A model generated the notes under the pieces. The model had not been told where the DNA came from. It saw only the letters and a program-made list of their open reading frames with translations, and did not search any database. A program made the translations under genes and the position numbers. DNA of 64,000 bases from the human T2T-CHM13v2.0 reference genome, Homo sapiens, in the NCBI RefSeq assembly GCF_009914755.1, contig NC_060941.1; one strand, 5' to 3'. Shown here piece by piece: positions 30,661 to 52,029 of the stretch (within the stretch, counting starts at the first letter, position 1; each line of letters opens with the position of its first letter).

Positions 30661-32949
30661 TGCCACCATCCTTGAGCAGACAGTCCAGATTGCAGGTATG
30701 CACTTGGGGTCCTCCCTCACAAGCCCCAGGCCCACCTGTAGTCCACCTTTTGTCTACACTCATATCCCTTTCCTTGGCCTCAACTCCTGCCCACCCTGCC
30801 CCTATGACTCCTCCAAAAAGCCCACGTGGGCCAAGTGCTGCCCTGCCTATGGCCCACCATCACCTCCTCCAGCCCCCACGACCCTGTCTCCCCACGCATT
30901 ACCTGGTTATGCTCTCTCCGTAACTCCTTGGTTAATAAGTTGTGAGCTTTCTTATTAACCAAATGCTGATTTTTCTATGTAACATCTAATGTCCAATCTG
31001 ACCTTGTTAATCCAGTGCCAGCCCAGGAGGGCAGGGTCCCGTCCCGGCACAGAGCTGCCCCAGAGCCAGGACTTGGTAAAGCGCAGGGATTGCAGCATTT
31101 CAGAGCTAGATGGGGCCTCAGCTGAGCGTCCTCACTTTACAAATGGAGAAACCGATGCCCAGGAAGGGGATGTGAATGACAAGGGTACAGGACCTGGGCT
31201 GATCCCATAGCACCTACAAGGTCGGCTTTCCCGGCACCTGGAGGGATCCCTTGGGGCACTCAGAAACGAGCCATAGACCGCTGGCTGGGGATCTGAAAAT
31301 GGAAACTGAGGCAGCAGCAGCAGCAAACTCACACTAAGGGTGGTAGGCAGGTGAGGGAGCTGCAGGTGAGGAGGTGACTGAGGTGAGGCAGGAGCACCCA
31401 CACCTTTTCTTCCTTCTCCTCCTCCTCCTCTTCCTCCTCCCAGGAGCCAGGAGAAGCACACCTCACCTTGCCCACAGCGCCACCTACCGTCTGGCCACCC
31501 TGGGGTGCAGCTGCTGCCAGTACCAGCCAGCAGGTCAAACATCCAGGCCCAGGAAACCCCAGGCCCAGCCAGCGGCCCAGCGCAGCAAGTGGACTCTCAC
31601 CTCCCAGAAAGGAAAAGCTGCCTCTTCCCAAACAACTCTCCAGACTACAGTGGCCAACTGTCCTGTTCTGCCCAGGACTGACTTGGGTTCCAGGGAAAGA
31701 GACTCTCAGGCTAAAAGCAGGAAAGTCCCCGGCCAGAGGGACAGGTCAGCGTCCTGATACAGACATAAGGCCTGCTGCCCCTCTATAGGTATCCTCTGCA
31801 GGGCCAAGGGCTGGGGCTTTGGTCTGGTTGACAGTGAGTGTCAGAACACCTGTCTGCAGCTGACCTGTCAAATGCCTTTCCTCCCTGGAGCACATGTGCA
31901 GGAGCCACCCCCGGCCCAATGGAGCGAGAGGTCTTGGGCAGGGTGCACTGTGGGAGAGAGGGGCCTCAGAGGGGAGGAGCTGCACACTGACCTTGAGGAT
32001 GGACTTGGGTGTCCCCAAGCAAAGACCTGCACATGAGAGCCAGGCACCCAGGGAGAGCAGAAAGCAGGGTGGCCACGCAGGGCTTGGAAGGGGACAAACA
32101 AAGGCACCAGGAAGCACCCTCCCAAGGCTGGAGGAAACCGGCGTGACCCCGTGTGCATCTGCCATCTTGGCAGGATTCCTTACAGCTCCCCTTCAGGTTT
32201 ACGGGGTCCCAGTGAGGAAGGGAAGTCAGACACAGGCAACTCTGCCTAGAAATCCTTCTAGGTTGGAAGTAGGGTTCCAACTTGCTATGTCTCCAGCAGC
32301 TTTGATGTTGGTTACATGCAACTGGTCTTCAATAAAGTTAAAATACCAAAGCATGTGCACACTTTGCTCTTGTAAATAACTGCTCAAGGCAGCTGCTGTG
32401 CCTCCCATGCTGGCTCCCTCGGGACAACACAGGGCATGGCAGGGCAGGGCAAGCAGGGGGGCTCTGGGAGCTGGAGTGGCACAGGCTGCCTATCTTATCT
32501 TCACTGGGATGCCAGGAATCGCTGAGCCTGCTACAAATGACTGCTGCTCTTTACCTCCATGCAGTGCTTTATTTCACAGAGTCGGGGTGTGCATAGAACC
32601 TGGCACAATGGAGCCTCACCTTGTCCACCAGGTGCCACTGCAGAAAACCAGTCAATGGGCAATCCACGCTCACAAAGCCAATAAACACTGCCTGGACATC
32701 CATTTCTGCCAGGCATGGTGCTGGGCACAGGCACTGAGCTACAACAGGTGCCCTACCCTCCTTGACACAGAAGGTCAGGCAGCAGCTGCCACCCGGAGCA
32801 CTGCACATGCCAGGATTGGGGACACAGAAGCAGAGCAGGCTCCGCTTCAACTCTCTTAGGATGCTCCTGGGAAGGGGACAGTGAGAGACAAACAGTGACA
32901 GCAGGTATGGCAGGCTGTGCTGAGGGGTAGGTACTCAGAACGCCCAGGC

Positions 32950-33095
32950 AGCCATGGCCCTCAAGGGACATCAGGCAATGTCTGGAAACCACTCAGATGG
33001 CCTGGGCTTGGGGTACTACTGACATCTAGTGGGCAGAGGCCGGGGACATTGCTGGACACCTGTAGTGCCAGGGATGGCCCCAAAAGTCAGCAACC
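32950..33095 (+). mobile_element. MER20-like hAT relic
   Basis: GGGACATCAGGCAATGTCTGGA…CTACTGACATCTAGTGGGCAGAGGCCGGGGA. Confidence 0.65.
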
Positions 33096-34284
33096 CTGAG
33101 TCAGAGAGGGCAGGGTGAGGAGGCATGAGGGAGGGGACACCTGACAAGGACCACTCCAAGCTGCGGTAACAAAGGTCTGTGGGCAGCCTTGCACAAGAGA
33201 AGCCAGATCACCCAGAAAGGCCCAAGACCTGGGATGACTGAGGATACAGGTGGGAGGACGCCTGCCAGAAGGGCCTCCCGGGACAGGGGAAAAGTTCCAT
33301 TTCCTGGAAAACCTGGGGACCTCTGAGCATGGCCCTCAAGGGTGGCTAGAGAGGAGCAGTGGGGAGACTGGCTGCAAGCAGCTGCTGCTGGTGATCTGGC
33401 GGGGGTGATGGCATGAAGCCAGGTGGAGTCCGCGAGGGTACAGATCCGGGGGCAGGTGAGAAGAGGGAGTCCATCCTGGTCCTTGGACCACTGCCCTGGC
33501 ATCTGGAGTGATAGGGAAAGAACAGAACATTGGGGAGGTCTTGGCAGGGGCTCCCTTTGGAGACTGGAGACTCCCACGTAGGGCCACAGTGCCTGGACCC
33601 AAGGTCCTGAAGCCCTGAGGAGTCCAGGCCACAGACTGAGACTCAGATGACAGAGGGAAAAGCCTGTCAGTCCCTCTGTGACACCTTGATCTTTGTTTCC
33701 TGAGCCCTTATCACAGTGTTCATTACAAACATATCTGTGCTCTGGAAGGACAGAGGTCATTCACTCTCTGAGGACACACACAGTGCCTGGTGCATGGCAG
33801 GTTCTCGGTGACTATTCGCTGAGCAAATGAACATCAGGTGGAGGAAGCAGAATTCACAAGAACAGCAGGAAGAGAGCCAGAAAAGCATCGTGGCGCACAG
33901 GAAGGCCGGTCTCCAGGAAGAGTGAGGGTCCGCAGTGTGAACTCCCCCAAAGACCCAGAAAGAGAAGGCCGGGAAAGCCTCCCATGGTCTGAACAAGGAA
34001 GAGCAGGAGGAGGCCTTGGGAAGAAATGTTCCAACAGAGTGGAGGAGATGCCAGCTGGCCAGGTGGAGGGAGGGGTGGGAGCAGGTGGCTCACCTAGGAA
34101 GCCTGGGAGGGAAGAGGGAAGGGACGGAGTGGGTGCTGATGAGCAGAAGCGGGCAGCACCCCAGCCCAATGCTGGGAAAACACTCCCTAGAGCCACAGCC
34201 CAGAAAGGCACACAGTGGGCCTGGGGCCAAGGCCCCTCTCCAGTGCCCCCAGCTCCCCAGGAGTCCAGACTCACACACAGTCTG

Positions 34285-34583
34285 TTTTGTTTTGGGTTTT
34301 TTTTTTTTTCTGATACAGGGTCTCACTCTGCCACCCAAACTGGAGTTCAGTGGCTTGAGCACAACTCATGGCAGCCTTGACCCCCAGAGCTCAAGTGACC
34401 CACCCACCTCAGCCTTCCCAGTAGCCGGTGCTCACCACCACACCTGGCTAAATTTTGTATTTTTACAGAGATGACATTTCACCACGTTGCCCGGGCTGGT
34501 TTCGAACTCCTGGGCTCAAGCGATCCGCCTGCCTTGGCCTCCCAAAGTGCTTGGGATTATAGGCGTGAGCCACCATGCCTGGC
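34285..34583 (-). mobile_element. AluJ
   Basis: Diverged dimer. Confidence 0.8.
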
Positions 34584-35343
34584 CTTCTCACACTGTCTGG
34601 AGCCCAAGGACATCCGTGTCTGACACAGGCAAAACCGAGCTCTTCCTCCACAAGCCTCTCCTCCCACGGTTGCCCCAGGGCAGCCAACGGCCTTGCCTCC
34701 CACGGGTCACTCAGGCCCAACCATGGGCTGGCCAAGCCACCTCTCTCAGCTCTCCCTGATCACTGCTCCCACCTCCGCCAGTCCCACTGTGGTCAAGCTG
34801 CCATCTGGGGCCTGCTGGCCTCTCAGCTCCACCTTTGCCTCTTCTCCTCTGTCCTTGGTGCAGTGACCTTGAAACTCTGACTCAGATCATGCCACCTCTG
34901 CAATGGCTCCCAGCTCAGAGTCCAGGGAATGTCTCTCCCCATGGCCCGCAAGGCCTGCACCACCGTCCCCAGCCACCTCTCCGTCCTGCTCCTCCATTCT
35001 CCCTCTGCCTGGCTCCAGCGGCAGCTGTCCCTTAAAACCTCCGAGGACACTCAAGAGTGCCCCAGGACTTTTGCACTTGTGTTTTCCTGACAGAATGCTC
35101 TTCCCCAGACACCTGAGGGCCCTCCTGCATGAGAATCAGGTTTCTGGTGAGAGGACACCCATCAGAGAGGCCTTCCCTGACCACCACCCCTGTCTGTCCC
35201 TCCCCTTGCCTGCTGTGTCACCGGCAGTGCTATACATTCATTCACCACTGAAGCTGCTGCGTGAGGGCCAGGGGCCGGGATGGTGCCCAGCACACAGTAG
35301 AAGCTCAATAAACATTTGAAGAATGTATGAATGAACCTCTTCA

Positions 35344-37220
<1,877 letters not shown>

Positions 37221-37589
37221 TAACCACTCTGCCATTCATGAGCCACTGAGAACCTTCACAATGAACTTCACTTTAAAAACACACTGTTGGCTAGGCTAGT
37301 GGGAAGTGACCTGAGGGGGCTTGTGCATAAATAAAAGCGTCCTCAGGACCTGCTATGCATTCAGCCAGCCAAGCTCCCAGTGCTGGGAGACCCATATGTA
37401 CCTCAATGACTGCTGGTCAACGTCAGGCCTGCAGGAAGCCAGAGGGCAGGGACCTCCTCTGGCTGTAAGAGCCCAACATCTCCCTCAGAGAAGGACTGTG
37501 GACAGCCAAGAGCGTGGCACACCCAACACTCCAAAGGTTAGGCCCACAACGTCTTCCAGCAGGGGTCTTTGGCTTTTTAAATACCCTGG

Positions 37590-38025
37590 CCTCGCTTCCT
37601 GTGGCTGCTGTAACAAATGACTGCCAACTTAGGGGCTGAAAACAACAGCAATCCCCAATCAGTTACCACTGGGCCAAAATCAAGGTGCCGACTGGGCTGT
37701 GCTTCCACCAGAGGCTCTGGGGGAGACTCCATTTTTTGCTTCTTCCAGCTTCTGGTGGGCCTGGCCTTCCTTGGCTAGTGGCTTGGTCACTCCAGCCTCT
37801 GCCTCCATGGTGACAAGAGACACTCCTGTGTTTCAATGTCCCTGTGCCACTCCATTGTTAAAAGGACACACACAATGGCACTTAGGGCCCACCTGGGTAA
37901 CTCAGGGCCATCTCCCCAGCTCAAGCTCCTTGACTTCATCACGTCTGCAAAGATCCTTGTGTGTGTGCCATATAAGAGACCTTCACAGGATGTGGACGTC
38001 TTTGCAGGACCATTTTTCAGCCTCC
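37590..38025 (-). mobile_element. MLT1 (ERVL-MaLR) solo LTR
   Basis: GCTGCTGTAACAAAT…AAAACAACAG…AAAATCAAGGTG…TCTTCCAGCTTCTGGTGG…AGGGCCCACC…CATCACGTCTGCAAAGATCC. Confidence 0.75.
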
Positions 38026-39503
38026 AAACACCCTCCTCACCCTTCACCACCTCATATCTCTGGCATGCTGGGTGTGTGCAAAGGTGAAAGGAGAGAGGAA
38101 GCATGCAGGCCAGGCAGTGGGAGGAAACGCCAGGATGGCCAGGCACTGCGGCTGCAGCCCTGGCTCCAGAGGCCCATGTCAGGAGGCTGGGGCCAGCTGG
38201 GGACGGTGTGGCTGAGAGTACAGGTGCTCCCCAGCCCAGCCAAGGCTTCTCAGGAGAAAGGGGTGTCCGGGAGGCCTGTGTTTGGCTACACCAAGCTCGC
38301 CAGTCTCACTCCCACCTCTGGACCTCCCCTCGAAGCCCCTCCCTTGTGGGCCGCCAGAGCATCCATCCTCGGAGTGTGTCCAGCATGTTCAGGACAGCAG
38401 GAACAGGGCATTCTTTGGAATGCACTGTCTTTGACATGAGCAGGCTGGCCCCCACCCACTTCTCTCACCAGATGGAGAAAAATCTCAAGTCATAAACTAA
38501 ATGAAAAACATGTCCTGTTCTGCCCTGGGATCAAGGGTTCACCTTAAATGAAAACTGTCTGGAACAATGTGCTGCTGACGCTGATCTTGGCCTTACTCTG
38601 CAGATTAGCCTCGGGGGTGATCACAGGACGCTCAGGGCTCTGCATCAGCAAGCCCAACCCCCGCTGAGCCCCAGGACCACCCACTCCCCCAGCAGGATCC
38701 CCGGGAAGCAGCCCAGAAGCACCCCCCAGAGACAGCCTTGGGAGAGCGGGCCAGGAACCCCAAGAGCTTCACCCCACAGTCTGGGAGGTGTGGGAGGCAT
38801 CTCAGAAAGGCTGCAGAAGGAACTGACGGCCCTCCCCTCCCACACTTTCCTCGAAGGGCCCAGAGCCCACTTCCCATGCAGTCCACCCACCCCTCGGTGC
38901 TGGTGCCCGGGCACCCAAACATCCCCTGGCACCCATCACGAGCTGGTGCCACGCTGGTGGCTTCCTTTCAACTCATGCCGGCTTGCTCCTGCCACCCAGC
39001 TCGCCTAGGTCCGGAATGCGCAGGCCGTTTTGCAGGAAGCCTCATGTGGGAAAAATAACCATGTTTGTGGAACACACGAGGGGTGGGAGATTCACAAGCA
39101 AGTGGCTTTACTGTGTGACATGGCAGAGAGGGAAGAGAGCCCCTACTTCCTGGGCAACCCACTTCATGCATGAGAAGGCCACCAGACTGCCAGGCACATG
39201 TGACCAATGGCAGCCCCACCATGGCAGCGTTCTCCTGCAGGTTCTTGTGAGGGTAGGAGGGCCACCCCTACAGTCCTGGACCATCCTGACGCCAGCCTGG
39301 GCAGCCCAATGGCTGCTGGATCCCCAAGGCAAGACGGCAGGAAGCGCCTAGTACTCCACACCAGCCAGCGACAGACACGGGAGGGAAGAGCAGAGCTGTC
39401 TGTCTGTCTGGCCAGCCAGCAGCAACCACCGCGATCCCCTGCATGTGGGGCTCACCGAGCAGTGGGATACTCCCGTCTGGACAGTGTCAGGCACATCACT
39501 TAC

Positions 39504-39611
39504 CACATTCCAGTAGAGCGGATTGAAGGTGATGGTGATGACGGCAGCCACAAAGCTGGGATCCAGGGGGTCCACGTAGCCCAGCAGCCGGGTCATAACG
39601 CAGAAGTCTGC
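39504..39611 (-). CDS. PEMT: PEMT coding exon 2 (108 nt; contains the ATG of the short isoform at 39596)
   Basis: Translates [36 protein letters not shown]. Acceptor is ctgtccctgcag|GCA and donor is GTG|gtaagt. It joins exon 1 in frame (…DFRQ|ADFCV…). Downstream exons lie beyond the window start. Confidence 0.97.
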
Positions 39612-39997
39612 CTGCAGGGACAGAGCTAGCATCAGCACCACCCAGACACAGCAGGGCCTGTGAGCCCCCAGGAGTCGGAGAAAAAGTTACCCTCTGGGAA
39701 CACACTGGGAGGCCTGGGAACATCCAAGTCCGGCAAAGGTTACTACAGTGTAGTCTCATAAAAGGGAAGATAAAAAGCTGAAACCTAATGAGCTGTGTCA
39801 TGTCCTGGGAGGGCGGCCGCAGAAATGTGCCTGGATGCCAGATGAGGAAATCAGCACCTCTGAAGAGGGGTGCCTGGCACCCTGAAGGGAGGTGACACCA
39901 ACCCTGGTGTGACCGAGACCCTCCTGGATGAGGGTTCTCAGAGGCCCCAGAGGAAACCCAAGCAGCTGAGATAAATGTGAAGAGATGCTCAACCTAC

Positions 39998-40070
39998 CAG
40001 GAATCAGGTAAAAGCAAATTAAAACAATAGTGGTGTGCCTCTCCTCGCCCACACTCGACAGGGGACAATC
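39998..40070 (-). other. PEMT: Candidate non-coding alternative first exon (promoter C type; 5' boundary approximate)
   Basis: Minus-strand donor TCCTG|GTAGGT at 39998|39997, ~390 bp upstream of exon 2. GC-box-like GGGGCGGGG elements lie at ~40095 and ~40170-40180. Confidence 0.45.
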
Positions 40071-40319
40071 TTGAGTGCACACGAGGGTGTGAGTGGGGCG
40101 GGGTAAACTGAAAAAGTGTGTGCCCACATCCCGGCCACGCCACCCGCATACGGGGGGCACGTGGACACTGCCCCCGCCCCGCCATCATCTTGCATGAAAA
40201 CGTCAGGAACAATGACAAACAACTTAGGTGTCCAGCAACCAAAGAAATGAAGAAAAAAAAAAAAAACCCACGGCCCATTCCTACAGCAGCTAAACTACAG
40301 CAGTTAAAAGCACTAGGTC

Positions 40320-40627
<308 letters not shown>

Positions 40628-40757
40628 CTACACACAGCACTGTGAAACGTTCTGAAACACACGGCTGAGTAGAAGAGCAGGCTGCATGATTCAGCACCTA
40701 GACAGAAATTTCTAGAAAACAACATAAAATATAGTATCAAATATTCAGATTTTACAA

Positions 40758-41120
40758 TTTTTTTTTTTTTTGAGACAGAGTCTCCCTCTGCCACCCAGGC
40801 TGGAATGCAGTGGCGCGTTCATAGCTCACTGCAACCTTGAACTCCTGGGCTCACTTTGGGAGGCCAAGGTGGGAGAATCACTTGAGGCCAGGAGTTTGAG
40901 ACCAGTCTAGGCAACATAGTGAGACCCTGTCTCTACAAAAATGTAAAAACTAGCTGGGCGTAGTTCCAGTTACTTGGGAGGCCAAGGCAAGAGGATCGCT
41001 TGAGCCCAGGTGTTCGAGGCTGTAGTGAGCTGTGATCGTGCCACTTGCACTCCAGCCTGGGCAACCCTGTCTCAAAAAATAAACAATTAATTAATTTAAA
41101 AATAAATTAAAATAAAAAAC
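40758..41120. mobile_element. Two AluJ pieces fused head-to-head
   Basis: Minus-strand right-arm piece to 40853 joined to a plus-strand Alu starting CACTTTGGGAGG at 40852. Confidence 0.8.
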
Positions 41121-41214
41121 TTTTTCTAAAATGCACTGAAAAATATTATGGTGTCTCTCCACATGCAACTCAAAATTTTTTAAAAATACTAAATTATAAA
41201 ATAAGTGTAAAGTT

Positions 41215-41323
41215 GTGCTCGCTTCAGCAGCACATATACTAAAATTGGAACAATACAGAGAAGATTAGTATGGCCCCTGCACAAGGGTGACACATACAAA
41301 TTCATGAAGCGTTCCACATTTTT
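41215..41323 (+). pseudogene. Full-length U6 snRNA retrocopy (5' part of a U6-L1 chimera)
   Basis: GTGCTCGCTTCAGCAGCACATATACTAAAATTGGAACAATACAGAGAAGATTAG…GAAGCGTTCCACATTTTT is U6 with scattered substitutions. It is TSD-flanked together with the following L1 piece. Confidence 0.95.
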
Positions 41324-41549
41324 GGACACAAGGAGGGGAACATCACACCGAGGCCTGTCAGGGGGCGGGGGGCTAGGGGAAGGATAGCATTAGGAGGAAT
41401 ACCTAAGGTAGATGATGGGTTGATGGATGCAGCAAACCACCATGGCAAATGTATACCTATGTACAAACCTCCATGTTCTGCACATGTACCCCAGAACTTA
41501 AAGTATAATAATAAAAATTTTTTTAAAAAATTAAAAACAAAAAATAAAA
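41324..41549 (+). mobile_element. L1PA-type 3' end (3'UTR plus degraded poly(A)) fused to U6
   Basis: GGACACAAGGAGGGGAACATCACAC…GCAGCAAACCACCATGGC…CTGCACATGTACCCCAGAACTTAAAGTATAATAATAAAA matches the L1PA 3' terminus. Confidence 0.92.
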
Positions 41550-41936
41550 AAAATAAGTGTAAAGTCCATCAGAGCTGTGATCTTTCCCATAATGGTGTGT
41601 TTTGTTCTATTGCATTTGGAAATACAGTAAATTCCTTCAAAGAGCGCTTTGATCTCCCACATTTTGGGGAAGCGGTGGGGAGGAGATGGTGCTTCTGCCC
41701 AGGTTCAGCCAGCCCTGGGGGGCAAGCGCAGCCTCCACTCCAATCCTTGCTTCCCCAAACGACAGTCTCCTGACATAACTCTGCCTGCTACCAGGTCACT
41801 TGCAGGGTGTGACCATGGGATGTCCCTCAGACGTCTATCAGTATAAAGCCATCTTCTGCTATGGCCTGCCATCCTTCCCACGTGTGGCCTCCCCACCTGA
41901 TCAGCCTGCATCCCTGAGGTGCAAACAATCATCTCA

Positions 41937-43258
<1,322 letters not shown>

Positions 43259-44850
43259 TCACCCATCCCTCCCACTCCCCATTCCCCATTCAGCCCCCAG
43301 CCAAAACCTGGCCTCACCCTACCCCTCCCTTGCCTCATTCCCATTACCAATCCTCCCGTGGCCCATCTGTTATTCCGCCTCTTACACAACCACCTAATCC
43401 ACTCCCTCCTCCAACCCTGGCTTTGCCGGTTGCTCCCCAGGGCACAGCAAAGGACCTCAGTGGCCTCCTGCCTTTGGACTTCCCCCAGAGCCCTCCCCAT
43501 GGACCCTTACCTATGGACCAGCATGCTGTTAGCCAAGCCAAAGAGGAGAAAGGGCAGAGTGTGAGTCACAGAGCAGAGCCCCGCTCAGCTAGGGGAAAGG
43601 GGAAAGCAGGAAAGGCCTAGGGACACTGAGCCTGGGGCCAGGAAGGGACAGAGGGCATTTTCCAGGGCCAGGAAAAACACTTCCCATATCACTGGCGCCC
43701 CTTCAACTCTACAGCTAAGAGAGGTGCATCTTCCTGAGTGTAAATGATCTCTCTACTACTTCCCCACTGGGCCCTGGGGGAAATGCTGCCTCTCATAAGG
43801 AATTCAACTCGATGTTAGTCACCTTAGCTGAGCTCCACTAAGGAGGCCCTCACTCTAGGGGATCTAAGAAAACACAGGACCTGTCAGTGAGCGCAGACCT
43901 ATCTCTGGCCATACTCTCAGCCACCCTAAAAGTAAAGCCTTGTTGTTAGCCTACTTTCCAGATAAAAGAGCAAAGCCTCCAGACCCCAAGCAGTGAGGAG
44001 CAGAGCCAGCCTGAGCAAGGCCAGCCCTACCAGACAGAAAGCCCCATAAAAATGGGACAAGGATAAAAGTGAGTGCTTCTGGGTCTTGAAACCCAAGGAA
44101 ACTGGGAAAGTGAGCAAGAAATATGCTTTTTTCACCTTCTGTGGGAGCCAAGATGAAGGACGGAAACTGAGCACTGAAAGATTAAGCAACTAACACTGGG
44201 GGAACCCAGCAGCAGCTGACATCCACCTGAGTCTCCCAATTAGGGCTGAACTGGTCAAAGCTGGAACGTATCCACCCCCTCCCCCCTCTCCCTCCTGTGC
44301 CCAGGTCCCAATGGCCTCAGGTCAGCCTGTCTCAGGAGGGTGGTGGTGTCCATCCGGTCACTTCAGTCACCTTGAGGAGGATTTATGTTGCCCGGAGAAG
44401 CACCTGCTTCGCTGGAAAGAATGACTAATGGTTCAGAGTGGAATTCTAGGCAGCAGAGGGAAGCCCCTCCCAGCTCCCCGATCCCCACTCAGAGACATGA
44501 TAGTCCCTTTCTCATAGCTGTCATTTCCAAAACCCCCCTCAGGAGGGTGGACCTCCCTCCTGAAACTGGATTGGCAAAAAAGAACCAAAAATCCAGGTCA
44601 GACGTGAGCAGAGTAGGAGAGTCCTGGGTCCCACATCCAGGCTCTGCCTCCGGGTGTCAGAGTCTCCCTTGATGGCCTCCCCTTCACACCTGTGACCAAA
44701 GGGCGGTCTCCCATCCACTCCCAGCCCCAACCTCCTTCATACAACAGAGGTCCCGGCTTTCTGCTACCCAGTAATTCTAATGGAACCCCCACTCCAAGGC
44801 TCCAGGTTGCAGAGGCCTCGGAATCTGACTAAAGGAAAGGAGCTACCCAC

Positions 44851-45030
44851 CACGGCCAGGAGGTCTGCTGAGCTGCAGGAATAGCTCGAGTCCCACAGGT
44901 CACCGACGAATAGCCTCAGCTGTTAACACCCCAAAGCATGGGTAAGGAAGAGGCTTTATGGTAATTTACTCCATTGAGGGGTGCAGGGTTCTCGGGAGCA
45001 GCGCTCTGTGGTCAGGGAATGATCTGCAGT
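44851..45030 (-). other. PEMT: Candidate non-coding alternative first exon (promoter B type; 5' boundary approximate)
   Basis: Minus-strand donor CCGTG|GTGGGT at 44851|44850 in unique sequence. PEMT is known to use several non-coding first exons spliced to exon 2. The position agrees with my recollection but is unverified. Confidence 0.45.
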
Positions 45031-45365
45031 GGGTCAACATGTCACATTGTGACACATGGACAAACAGCAGGCCTGGACAGGCAAAGTCACATCGATTCCA
45101 GGCCACACACCACACACAACAAAGGGCAGGGGAATGGGTGGGGGCTGCTGGAGAGGGGACAGGTCCTCCTGGGATCCATCACCCCTGCAGAATCTGCCTG
45201 CAGCGCTGCAGCCCCCACTGCCCCCAGAGCTGCCCTCATGCCCTGGCACCATAAGCTGACTCGGGTAACGTTTATTTAGGGCAACTTTGGGTTAGAGCCC
45301 TGTGCCTGGCACAAAGACATAAGGATGAGTGTGCCAGAGTCTTTTTCCTCTAAGTTTATTCTCTG

Positions 45366-45993
<628 letters not shown>

Positions 45994-46551
45994 AAGTTTA
46001 TTCTCTGGTAGAAGAGGAGAAGCCATTTCATATTAAGCCAGCCCCCTAACCCTGTTTTTCCACATAAGAGGCCACCTGGCTCAGAGGACTCTGGCCTTTG
46101 GCAGCCACTGTCTGAGCTGGGAGCTTCACCACCCACCGTGAGGGACCATGGCAAGCCTCCCATGACCAATCTAAGCCCAGGTTTCCCTTGAGTGGAATGG
46201 GGGTGATGAGACAGGCCACCTGAGGTTACCTTCTGCACAGAAGCAAGAACAGATGTAAAAGTACAGGGCCCACTCAGGGCCGAGGCTGGCGGCCCCTCTA
46301 CTCTGTCTGCTTAATGTCAACTAATACAGGTCCCTCTCTCACCATTCACTCTCTGGAGGGACCCTCCTGGGAAGACCCCGATGCTGGAATCTGAGGTCAG
46401 GCAAGCCCTGGGCAGCAAAAACCACCTCATGGCAGGAGGGGTGGAAGTTAGAATGTCACAATGCGACTGTGGTCTCTAGATCCCACAGTAAAACGAAATG
46501 GCAGGCAGCTGCTCCAGTTCCCTAGATCCATAACTCCTTTCAGGAGGGTGA

Positions 46552-48720
<2,169 letters not shown>

Positions 48721-48722
<2 letters not shown>

Positions 48723-48799
48723 AAAGAAAGAAAGAAAAAGAAAGAGAAAAAGAAAGAAAGAAAAAGAAAAAGAAGGAAGGAAAGAAAGAAAGACAGAAA

Positions 48800-48883
<84 letters not shown>

Positions 48884-48890
48884 AAAAAAA
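48721..48890 (+). repeat. (GAAA)n compound microsatellite
   Basis: Long A-rich/GAAA array directly after the EEF1A1 3' end. Confidence 0.95.
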
Positions 48891-49302
48891 ACGCAGGTGG
48901 AAAATCGGGAGGACGCAGCTGACCTGAGCAGCGCCATCCAGTGGCTGGACCTGACCACAGCACATGGCAGCCTTGGGAACAGCCTGCAGTCTCTGGTGTC
49001 ACCAAAACAGATCACACTTGGGGCCACCAAACAAACCTTAAATTTAAACGAATAGAAAGCATACACAGTATGCTCCCAAACCACCACAGAATTAAACTCG
49101 AAATCAGTCACAGAAAGCGATCGTGGAAAGAATGCACGCGAGGGCCAAATGGGAAGTCTTGGGAAATCTAGAAACATTTTGAACTGAATGAAAATGAGAA
49201 TAGAACACATGAAACCCTGTGGGATGCGGCTAAGGCAGGGCTTCTATTAGTAAGGAAGAAAAGTCCCAGGTCAGGAATATAAGCTTTGCCCTTAAGAAAT
49301 TA

Positions 49303-51884
<2,582 letters not shown>

Positions 51885-52029
51885 TAAAACAAAAGCAAGA
51901 TTCTGTACCTGCTGAAGCAGGCCCAGAAAAGAGCTGGTGGAGGGCATGGTACCCAGAGCAGCACTGTTTGGTATGACATGGCAGCCACTGGTCACAGGCA
52001 GTGCCACAAGCTTGGAATGCCACAGGACA

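Noticed and set aside
37699-38439. 246-aa ORF
   Set aside because: Largely overlaps an MLT1 LTR relic and shows no protein family features.
41215-41323. U6 as a functional snRNA gene
   Set aside because: Multiple substitutions, fusion to L1, flanking TSDs and no recognisable upstream PSE context indicate a retrocopy.
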